In this document: positions 1-9,247 of the stretch, one piece after another
Layout of the letters: the number at the start of each line of letters is the position of its first letter
Position numbering within the stretch: position 1 is the first letter of the stretch
From: Selaginella moellendorffii
Taxonomy: Eukaryota; Plantae; Lycopodiophyta
Assembly (NCBI RefSeq): GCF_000143415.4
Contig: NW_003314264.1
Location: 1,931,710 to 1,995,709, forward strand
Direction of reading: 5' to 3'
Length of the DNA: 64,000 nucleotides
The notes under the pieces: generated by a model
Database searches by the model: none
What the model was told of the DNA's origin: nothing
Seen by the model: the letters and a program-made list of their open reading frames with translations, nothing else
Translations under genes and position numbers: made by a program

Positions 1-1
1 T

Positions 2-1789
2 CCAGCGGTCAGGGATGCCTCCTCGGATAGCTCCTCGGATGAGGAGGCGGAGGATCGTCCACCCAGGGGTAGCAACAGGAATATTACGAGCGCAAGGAGC
101 GATCTCGCTGTTGTGAATCCCTCTGCGGCGGGTTCGTCGCTGGATCTCCCCGCAGCAGCGGCGGAATCCAGCCTCGCCGCCGCCGAGAGCTCCGAGAGCT
201 CCAAATCCCTCTCGCTCGTCGCTCGCAACGTCCTCCTGATCGCCAGCGACGAGGACCACGACTGGGCGAGCAAGGCCGAGTACTTGCAGCCGTGGAGCGG
301 CATGGCCACCGAGGACGACGTGATCCACGTCCTGGAGAACATCAAATCTCCCAAGCTCGCCTCCCGCGTCTTCAAATGGGCAGCTCGCCAGGAGGATTTC
401 GAGCACACGGTCTTCACCTACAACGCCTATCTCAACGCTCTCGTCAAGGGCGGCCATGGCTCCAAGGCGCGCAAGATCTTCGACGACATGCTCTACAAGG
501 AGTGCCTCCCAAACATCTACACTTATGGGATCGTTCTCCGCGGCCTCTGCGACGATGCCAAGACCGACGCGGCGCTGGAGCTCCTCCAGGACATGGAATC
601 CAAGATGCTCACCCCGACCACCTTCATCGTCAACATGCTCGTCAGCTGCCTCTGCAAGAACGGGAAAGTTGACGCGGCCTACGAGCTCTACAAGCGGCTC
701 AGCGACGAGTGCTCGCTGGACAGGATCTCCTACAACATGCTGACTTACGGGCTGTGCAAGGCGGACCAGATCGACCGTGCGCTGGCGGTGTTCGGAGAGA
801 TGGAGGAGAATGCCGTGGTTCCATCGCTGCTCACGTACAACGGGCTGCTGTATGGGTACTGCAGAGCCGGCAGGATGGAGCAAGCGATGACTTTGCTGGA
901 AGAGATGATCGAAGGGAAGAAAGGCAGCGACGTTGTCCCGGACATGTACTCGTACAACACGGTGATCAGCGGGTTTTGCAAGGCCAGGCAGCTGCCTACC
1001 GCGCGGTACGTGCTGCGGAGGATGATCAAGAGTGGATGCAGCCCGAATGTGGTAACTTTCAACACGCTGCTCGACGGGCTGTGCCTGACCGGGAAGCTGG
1101 ACGAGGCCAACGCCATGTTTGAGTACATGGTGGAGAGGAACTGCGAGCCGACGGCTGTGACTTACACCGTGCTCATAACCGGGCACGCCAGAGCTCTCCG
1201 CATCGACAAAGCCAACGATTACTTCGTGGACATGCTTCGCCGGGGAGTGGAGCCGAATGTTTACACGTACACCGCGCTGATCGGGGGGCTGTGCGACGCC
1301 AACAAAGTCGAGGACGCGCTGGAGATCCTGAAGCGGATGTCGAGCACCGGGAGGGAGCCGAATGTGGTTACGTACACGAGAGTGATCGGTGCTCTCTGCA
1401 AGGGCGGACAGATCGAGCGAGCGACGAAGCTGTTCAATGACGCGATGGGGAGTAGGACGGCCAAGTGCAAGCCGGACTCGTACGCGTACAGCACGATCAT
1501 CTACTGGCTGTGCCGGCAGAGCAAGTTCCTGGAGGCGTACGAGTATTTCCTCCGGATGGTGGAGTCCAAGCTCGTGGCCAAGCCGCACATATACAAAGCT
1601 ATGGCGGACGGGCTGGAGCTGGTTCAGGAAACGGAGAAGGTGGAACGCGTCTGCCTGGAAGCAAGTGCTCACGGCATTGAGCTTCAGCAGAAGGACGCGC
1701 CGCAGCCGCTGAATCCACATTTACCACGGAGGAAGGCCAGGAAGGAGGTCTTTCTTCACAAGTGGGAGATAACCAAGAGAGCTCTGTAG
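2..1789 (+). CDS. P-class pentatricopeptide repeat protein (5' end outside window)
   Basis: Frame is open from position 2 to TAG at 1789. Tandem 35-aa PPR motifs (TYNAYLNAL, TYGIVLRGLC, SYNMLTYGLCK, TYNGLLYGYCRAG, SYNTVISGFCK, TFNTLLDGLC, TYTALIGGLC). Confidence 0.95.
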   Translation, partial: PAVRDASSDSSSDEEAEDRPPRGSNRNITSARSDLAVVNPSAAGSSLDLPAAAAESSLAAAESSESSKSLSLVARNVLLIASDEDHDWASKAEYLQPWSGMATEDDVIHVLENIKSPKLASRVFKWAARQEDFEHTVFTYNAYLNALVKGGHGSKARKIFDDMLYKECLPNIYTYGIVLRGLCDDAKTDAALELLQDMESKMLTPTTFIVNMLVSCLCKNGKVDAAYELYKRLSDECSLDRISYNMLTYGLCKADQIDRALAVFGEMEENAVVPSLLTYNGLLYGYCRAGRMEQAMTLLEEMIEGKKGSDVVPDMYSYNTVISGFCKARQLPTARYVLRRMIKSGCSPNVVTFNTLLDGLCLTGKLDEANAMFEYMVERNCEPTAVTYTVLITGHARALRIDKANDYFVDMLRRGVEPNVYTYTALIGGLCDANKVEDALEILKRMSSTGREPNVVTYTRVIGALCKGGQIERATKLFNDAMGSRTAKCKPDSYAYSTIIYWLCRQSKFLEAYEYFLRMVESKLVAKPHIYKAMADGLELVQETEKVERVCLEASAHGIELQQKDAPQPLNPHLPRRKARKEVFLHKWEITKRAL

Positions 1790-1825
1790 CTCCTTTGGTC
1801 GAGGTAAGCTATCAATCATTCTCCA

Positions 1826-2023
1826 GGAGGGGCCATGGACGGAGCTCAAATTCGCTCCAAGGGACTGTGCCATGAACCGGAAGGCCTGAAGCCCGACCTC
1901 GAGAGGTACCTGTTTTGAGATTTTCACCTCGCTTCTGCGGGACTTAGCGCATTGTGATTGCGGCAGAGATGTGGGTGCGAGTTCTCTCCCGGAGAGAAAA
2001 CGGTGGTGAAGATGCAACAAGTG
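1826..2023 (+). pseudogene. Degenerate fragment of the neighbouring DUO1-like MYB gene (R2 part, intron 1, start of R3)
   Basis: Colinear similarity to about 3131-3440, including the intron (gaggtacctg..gagattttcac..gcattgtgattgcggca) and gttctctccc..ggtggtgaagatgcaa. Many indels. Confidence 0.9.
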
Positions 2024-2425
2024 CGTAGAGGAAGAGACGTGGCTGATCGAAAAGAATTGAAGCGTTCGGAAGCTGAGGCGATTGTCATAGCTATAGTTGA
2101 TACGGTTTATAAAAGATCGAAGATTTGGCGTCACGGGACAAGAAGGTTTGATCGCGCGGGAATTTTAGAGTGAATTTCAAAAGCCCTGAAGCCCTAGGTC
2201 TATTTCCCGCGGTGGAGGATCTTGCGAGAGCTTCATCCACCTCCAGTGGCACCGTGCGCCGAGCATCTCCTCCGGCGTTCCTCTCTCTTGGAGATCCCTC
2301 TTGTCGCCAGGGCTGTTCGCGGATCACAAGGTCCACCTGCAAATGTACGCCCTCGCTCGACCGGCGGAGGAGAGAACATCGTTTTTTATTCGCACTGGTG
2401 GCAGCACGGGATCATTCACAGCGGA

Positions 2426-2875
2426 GGAGCGGCATGGCCTCCCGCGTCTTCAAATGAATTTCCAGGACGCGGCCTCGCCTTCCTCCTCCATCCAAGATGC
2501 TCGCCCCGGCCAACTTCATGCTCGTCGGTCCGCAAGAACGGGAAAGCCCACAAGGGACGAGTGGTCGCTCAAGTCTTTTACAACAGACTTCCGGGCTGTG
2601 CAACTGTAGAGACCGGGAGAATGGAGCAGGCGATGGTAGAGATGATAGAAGGAAAGAAAGGCAGCGACGTTGTCCCGGGCATGTACTCGTACAACACGGT
2701 GTTCAGGGGCATGGTACGTGCTGAGGAGGCCGGCGGACGGGGTTGGAGCTCGAGAAGGTGGAACGCGTCTGCCTCGCAGCGAATGCTCATGGCATTGAGC
2801 TTTCGCTGCGCTCAATCCACATTTACCACGGAGAAGGTCTTCATTCTTGACGAGATAACGAAGAGAGCTTTGTAG
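2426..2875 (+). pseudogene. Deletion-condensed copy of the upstream PPR gene
   Basis: Ordered blocks match 294-1789: ggagcggcatggcc, tcccgcgtcttcaaatg, caagaacgggaaag, gaaaggcagcgacgttgtcccg, atgtactcgtacaacacggtg, and the terminal EITKRAL*. Confidence 0.92.
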
Positions 2876-3076
2876 ACGAGGTGCGTTTCGAATCACTCTC
2901 TCCGTACTTGCGTGTTTCGATCGTCTATCCGGATTGACTCGCCCAGGTAACGGTCACTCAAAAATGTTTTGGGCCACCTTGTACAAAAGAAGAAATGGCC
3001 GTCCTGGGAAATCTTGGCAGATGCCCGGAGAGGACGCTGCTCGTTGTTGGTCACGCTTGACGAGCCAAGAGCAACG

Positions 3077-4539
3077 ATGGTGGTGACCAAAACAATGCAA
3101 CACCAGCAGGGTGGCGACCAGGTGGTGCTACGGAAGGGCCCGTGGATGCCAGAAGAGGACGAAGTGCTGCTTGAGTACGTTCGTCAATACGGTCCCAGGG
3201 ACTGGAGCTCCATTCGCTCCAAGGGACTGTTGCCACGAACCGGGAAATCGTGCAGGCTGCGCTGGGTGAACAAGCTCAAGCCCGACCTCAAGAGGTACCT
3301 GTTTGAGATTTTCACTTCTTCTTTTCCCTCGCTTGTGTGGGACTAATCGCATTGTGATTGCGGCATAGAAGTGGGTGCAAGTTCTCTCCCGAGGAGGAGA
3401 AAATGGTGGTGAAGATGCAATCCAAGCTTGGGAACAAGTGGGCTAAGATCGCTTCGTATCTCCCTGGACGCACGGACAACGACGTGAAGAACTTTTGGAG
3501 CACCAGGCAAAAGCGTCTGCTGAGAGCCTTGCAGCGTCCAAAGATGGGGTCCGGCGCGGCCCCTGGAAGCTGTGAGGCCTCCGCGGCTTCGTCCTCGGAC
3601 GCGATTTACGAGACTACTGCTGCCAGTGAGCTGACAGCCTTCCAGGTGCGATGTTCAAAAGAAAACTCTTACAGTTCTTACGCTGATACGCTGAATCAAC
3701 AGGTTCCTGGAGCAACAGTGCCAACCAACTTTGAGACGGCATTCTACTTTGGAGAAGACGAGCACCATGCAGGCTTCGAGGGCGGGAAGATGGAGCCATC
3801 GGAGCTTCCAAGTTTCGAGAATGGCGATCTCAGCATGGTGCCTAGCATGGAGCACATTGCAGCAGCTGGAGACCACCACTTCTTTCCGGAGTCAGGTTTC
3901 TACTTGCCCGAACAACAACGAGACGACAGTGACGATGGTGCCATCGCGGCCCCCGCTTGCTACCAGAGCTTCCAGGGAGGCTCCGGCGGATCGTCGTCAA
4001 GGATCTCCTCCAAGGCTGGAAGCCGACGCTCAAAAGTGATCAAGCGTGAGCAAGCGCGGTATGGTGTGGAAGAGAACGCGTCGGAAGAAGAGAGCTCCCA
4101 TCACGATCATCGCCATCACGCCTTGCGCGGCAGCGGCGGTGGAGTTTTTGGCGTCAACTTCCTGGTGGAGCAGAGCAGCATCGGCGAGGCCAGCAGTGAG
4201 TTTGAGTTTCTTCTCCAGCAGGAAAGCCAGCAGCAGTGCTTGCTCGTCCACCACCACGACGAATTCCCGCTGCCAGGCTTGGGCGGCCATCACGGCCACT
4301 GGGACAAGCTTCCGAGCCTGGACTACTCCGCCGAGGTGAAAGGTAACGCCACCACCGCCGCCGCCACCGCGAGCATCGCCATTAGCAGCAGTAGCAGCAG
4401 TAGCAACTCCAAGACGGTGGAAGATTCATGCAGCCCCGACAGTGTTCTTGCCACTGCTCTTCCAGGGGACGTTTTCGACTGCTTGGAGCCACTCTGCCCG
4501 GCATCGTCCTCCGAGTGGTGGATGACTAGAACAAGCTAG
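3077..4539 (+). CDS. DUO1: R2R3-MYB transcription factor, DUO POLLEN 1 clade
   Basis: KGPW..EEDEVL..YGPRDWSSIRSKGLL.RTGKSCRLRWVNKL.P.LK|SGCKFS..GNKWAKIASYLPGRTDNDVKNFWSTRQKR matches the DUO1 signature, including the GCKF lysine. Intron from 3295 to 3368 or 3371; probable second intron 3646-3702. Confidence 0.9.
3203..3223 (+). promoter_or_regulatory. miR159/miR319-type target site in the DUO1 coding sequence
   Basis: TGGAGCTCCATTCGCTCCAAG (codons WSSIRSK) pairs with the miR159/319 core UUGGA(U/C)UGAAGGGAGCUC with two mismatches and a G:U. DUO1 is a known target of this family. Confidence 0.75.
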
Positions 4540-4659
4540 TTCCTTTGTGTTGTTCGTAAGAACTTATCACCATCTTTTTCTTTGTGAAAGTCATTATTTT
4601 CTAAAGATGTACGAGTTAGTTTCTGCCATTCCAAATGTTAAGCATGTACCGTTCGACCT

Positions 4660-5666
4660 CGTCTCCCTGGGACACCAGCCATAAGATGGCGAGCCCCGGG
4701 GAGAAGCGCTGGCTTGGAGCCCTCTTCCGCTGAATTACCTTCCGAAAGAGCTCCTCCGGGTGTGAGCGGCAACTTCGACGGGCTTGTTCCTAGTGACCAC
4801 GCAAGCCCAGCTGTTCATCACTTCTCGCTTGCTGCTGGACTCGACCTCCACCACTACACTGGAGCCCCAGATTGCGGGCTTCCATTGCCACTTTCCAGGC
4901 GTTCCCAGACTCGAGCTTCCGGGTGGTCTATGCCTCAGAGAGTACGTCGATCGCCTTCAACAACTACGATCATCGCTGTGGTGCGGCAGTAGCGGCAGCC
5001 GGGGAGTGGACACTGGAGCTGGCCAGGTGCTCGCCTCCAGATGGAAGCAACGTTTTTTCATCACCAAGACGAGCTTGGCATCGGTCACAGGAGTACTCGC
5101 TCAAGTCTTCGTTGATCGTGGCTTGGTGGTGAGGACTCTGGCGCGATGGAAGAGCCTGCCGCCGGAATTCATGGTCAGTGATAATTTCGTATCCCTCCCA
5201 GTTGTCTGTGGTCCTCCCATGCATGCAAACGAGCAGCAGCGGTGATGGAGTGATAGCAACCACGGCTTTGCTGCGCCTGGACGAAAGGCTGGAGCCGAGA
5301 GATCTTTCCAAGGATTTGCATCAGAGTGGTGTATCCGCGCGTGGGCTCGTGGGGAGGAGGTGGTCCTCAGCCTTCTTGAGCTTGACTTCCAGTGCGTCTA
5401 CAGGATGTCGAGCCGGACATGGTCGGCACTGCCGCTGCCGGACCCCGACAACAGGATGGACTTCTACATGGGCCCTATACCGGCGGAGTGCCCTCTTTTT
5501 TCTTGCCAGGAACCATTTTGTTTTTCTTTGCAGGTGCTGCGGATGTAAGATCTGATGTTCGCTCGCAAACTCGAGACGTTACGTAAGTTTCCATTCCTTG
5601 AAACGAAAACAGTACCCGCATATCACTTTTTCTTCAGAGAGGAGTGAAGACTTCGAAGGAATAGAA
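4660..5666 (+). pseudogene. 5'-truncated, frameshifted copy of the F-box-like gene at 41970
   Basis: Colinear with about 42080-43240 (agccccggggagaa, gcgttcccagactcgagcttccgggtggtct, tggaagagcctgcc, gagccggacatggtcg). Retains the 3' intron. Confidence 0.9.
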
Positions 5667-5669
5667 CTG

Positions 5670-5766
5670 CTCTGCCCGGCATCGTCCTCCGACTGCTAGA
5701 TGACTAGAGCAAAGCTAGTTTCTTTGTGTTGTTCGTCCATTCGAAGAACTTGTCAAAGTGATTATT
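5670..5766 (+). repeat. Direct repeat of the DUO1 3' end and stop region (4492 to about 4600)
   Basis: ctctgcccggcatcgtcctccga..gatgactaga..aagctagtt.ctttgtgttgttcgt occurs at both 4492 and 5670. Confidence 0.9.
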
Positions 5767-5798
5767 CATACAAATAAACACGATAAGAGGTTTCTTAC

Positions 5799-7225
5799 TT
5801 AGTTATGACTTGCATTTGCGATTCCAACAAGGTTGAGCATGTTTCGCTCTTCCTTGAACCTCTCCAGAATGGTGCCTTTAGGACCCACTGCCACGCCTTT
5901 GTCGCCCTCTTCGCCACCTTTCACCACAATGCCCCAGCACTCTATGACGTCGGGAGTTATGGCTGCTTGGCTCGACAGCGCTGGACTGTTGAATGTCACC
6001 GACGGATACGTGCTTCCCCGATCGAATGCCGAGTGGATGAACAGCCCAAAGTGGTGAATCTGGCCCCCAAAGCCGATTCCGTTTGGTATGTTGGGAGAAG
6101 TGTAGTTTATCGCGCACTGTACGTTGGAGAAGTTTGAGAAAAGCAAAAGAAATGCGAAGAAAATTTACCCATTGCAAGTTTGAGTTTGAGCCGGATGGCC
6201 GATGGATAGCCGCTTCTGGGTACAATGTGAACAAAAAGCACTTCATGTCGCCGTAGAATTCGCTGTGCTTTTCCCACGGTTGAGAAGCATAGCCACCATA
6301 GATGCAGCCCTCTTTGTCCTTGATCACCAAGATCGTGCATCCTTTCGAAACACTGGAGATGGATCGTTCACAGAAAAGAATCTCATTGAAGAAAAGGAAA
6401 AGAGAGGAACACTACCTCACACTCTTCAAGAAGGTGTTGAAACTCGCTCCATTCACTGAGCTGTGGTAGAGGAGCATCCAGTCCTCGCACTCTTGCGGTT
6501 GTAGCTTCCCGGCGATGTGCCAAGCGTGTTCTCTTCTCAAAATAATGTTTTGGTTGTCAAGCTTTGGTGGGATCAAGAACTGAGGGACCTGGCGCCCACG
6601 GATGACTGCACTGTAGAAACAGATCTAGCTAGTTATACAGTACAGAAGAAGGAAAACTCACGAACCTGTTCCTGGAGAGTGTAATATGTTCGTGAGAAAC
6701 TTTTTTGCTGAGGGCACCAGCTTACACCACCGATGAAACTCTTGAGGGGTCATCAAGAGCTTTCCTTGATCCTCCGTCCATCTCACGGGTTTTAGAAACG
6801 CTTGGACGCTTGAGTCTGGCAAGCCATCGCCAGTGACGGCGTCCTTGGGGCCAAGAACAGTCTCTAGAATGGAAAGAATCACAGCTTCAACCTCCTCTCT
6901 GACAATAACAACAAATACATGGTTTCGTTTCTTTGTAATTCCTAAAACCGAACCTGTCAACGAGATCGTCGCCATTCAGATCGAGCAGCTTAAACATGAA
7001 CTCCTCCACTTCGTCAGGAAAGCCTTTCTCATATTTTGCCTGTGAAAAGGAAAGAAAGAACGAAACTGAGAGTTGAGATGTCGCGAAGCAAACCTTAGCG
7101 GTGACGAAATCTCGATAAGTCATACGCTGGTCTTTCCGGAGCTGAGTAACCAGATCAAAGAGACGAGATCCAAGAGCGCCATGGATTCCGTAGTAAGCCT
7201 GCCAAAGAGAAAAGAGACTCAGTGG

Positions 7226-7273
<48 letters not shown>

Positions 7274-7517
7274 CTTGTGTACCTGGAAGACTGAAGCGAT
7301 GATATACTCTCCATTGCTTCGGGACTGCGCAGCAAGCGAGAGGTAGAGCTTCTTGAGCTGATTCACCTCCGATTCCGAGAACCTCCTGATCAGATCAACG
7401 TAGCGCCGATCGCGAAAATGTGAGAGACTAGCGCATCAATGCAGCGCCGATCGAGAAATGCGACACGCACCTGCAAACAAGCCCGAATTCCTCGTCGCGA
7501 CTCTCACTGTTCCCCAT
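5799..7517 (-). CDS. TLDc-domain protein with EF-hand-like N-terminal region (TLDC1/MEAK7-like), multi-exon
   Basis: Start MGNSES; DLNGDDLVD EF-hand-like loop; TLDc motifs WMLLYHSSVNGASFNTF, IYGGYASQPW, CFLFTLYP, GIGFGG..HFGLFI, IECWG. Confidence 0.9.
7228..7270. repeat. (GA)n microsatellite in a TLDc intron
   Basis: About 21 uninterrupted GA units. Confidence 0.98.
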
Positions 7518-7723
7518 CGAAAACCCTAAAACAACGTGTCAAAAGAGAAATCGCCACTTCACCGCGAAGAACGTTAAGACATTGGAGCAAATCTTTTATA
7601 AACAATGGATATAAACTTGCGAGCGATCGATTTAATTACAAAAAGTACGTCCTCTTTCTCGATCACGATTTCACGACTTCTTCGTCATGCCTTCTTTCCT
7701 CGAGCTGGTCGACGATCGATCAC

Positions 7724-8888
7724 TCACGAGTGATTGACCGCTCGGCAGCTCTTGCGGATCTCGCCCTGCTGCCCCGTCTTCACCTTGACGCTGCCCATCT
7801 TGATCATGGCCGCCGCGAACTTGGCCCGCCAGCTCTCCTCGTCCACGGAGCTCGTCTTGATGGCCTTGCTGGTGGCCGCGTCCGAGAAGAGCACCTGGTC
7901 CGACCCCAGCACGCCCTTTTGCAGCGCCAGATTCACGTAGTAGCTGTTGTCGAAGTGGATGGGAGTGTGGGAGTCGAGCACCACCGAGTTGAATGCCGCG
8001 GCTTTCCCTGGCGGGCACTGCTTCTTCAAGGCGGTCGCGAAGTTTGGATCCAGGGTGGGATCCGTGGAAGCGTTGGCGCTGAAGTTGTACAGCCTGGGGC
8101 TGAATGTGAAGCAGTGCGCGATCCCGATCGTGTGAGCTCCTGAAGGTCAAAGTTTTTTTTTCTTTAGCGCGGCTAGAGAGTTTAAAAATTTGATTTTTAC
8201 CCGAGAGAACGATCATGTCGTCTTGAGAGAGGCCCTGCGCTGCGAAGTTCTGGGTGAGCTGCGCCACGTTGAAGAACGGAGCTGGCAGGCTCGCATTTGC
8301 CTCCTTCATTCGCGAGATCGTCCCGTCTCTTCTCCCGACCGGCACCTCCCAGAACGGCCCTCCAAGCTGAGAAAGAAACGAAAAACAAGATGTGAGTTTG
8401 ATCTGGAAAAGATGAGGAAAGAACAGTGCCTTGAAGACGCTGTCTCGAGCAGCGTACGCCACGATGTCTGCGCAGGACACCACTCCCGGGCACTGCGTCT
8501 CCAACGCTGCTTTGGCTGCGTCGATCACCTCGAATCCCCTCAAGCTTATGTTGGGTGGAGCGTCCTTCTCGGCAGAATTGTTCTTGGTGGAATCTATAAG
8601 CACGGAAGCGTCACACCCCTGGAATCAAAAGAAGAACAGCATGAAACTTTTAGTAGACAAAAACATAGAGAGAAATCTTACTTGGACAAAGCAGTCGTGG
8701 AACTGTAGGCGAAGCAGCCCAGCTCCAACTCCCGGCTTCCTGGTGATGGCATCCTGGACGAAGCTCTGGACCACCGCTTCCACTTGCGGGCATTGCTTCT
8801 CGTAAAATCCCACGCTCAGCTGCGAGCTAGCAACGCTTGCGAGGATCCCGATCGTTCCAAAGACCACTGCAATCCAGAGCTTCGCCAT
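7724..8888 (-). CDS. Class III secretory peroxidase (4 exons)
   Basis: Signal peptide; LLRLQFHDCFVQ|GCDASVL, VVSCADI, GRRDG, LS|GAHTIG, FDNSYY, MIKMG..GEIRKSC; canonical three-intron layout. Confidence 0.97.
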
Positions 8889-9247
8889 CTTTCTCACAGG
8901 CCAAAGTTCCTGCTGTGAGCCTCTTCTTCCTTCGCTGCCTTGGAGCTCGAGCTGCTTTGTCCAGGAGTTTGTCAGCTCGGGATTTTTATACCTCCCAAGA
9001 TGTTTCCAATGCCTTCGCGATTTGGTTGGAAGGTTGAGTAGCTTGTGAACAAGTACATTGTCAACCACCTCCTTATGAACAGCTTTAAGCCAAAGTTTAC
9101 ATTTCTTCAGAATAACTCTTGACGCTTGTCAAGATCACTAGTTTGCTGCGTTGGTTGAGAGTGGAGTATTGATAAATCCTAAAAACGTTAAAGTAATATT
9201 TGTTGTCTATGAACAGCGATAATAAAATTCGCATAAACAAAAAACTC

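Noticed and set aside
292-1712. Many overlapping alternative-frame and antisense ORFs in GC-rich genes (also over the kinase, PLS-PPR, HemK and GPAT genes)
   Set aside because: Expected shadow ORFs from high GC3; no recognisable motifs.
2222-2875. 217-aa ORF across the condensed PPR copy
   Set aside because: TTG start, a mosaic of frames and only one partial PPR motif; better explained as a pseudogene.
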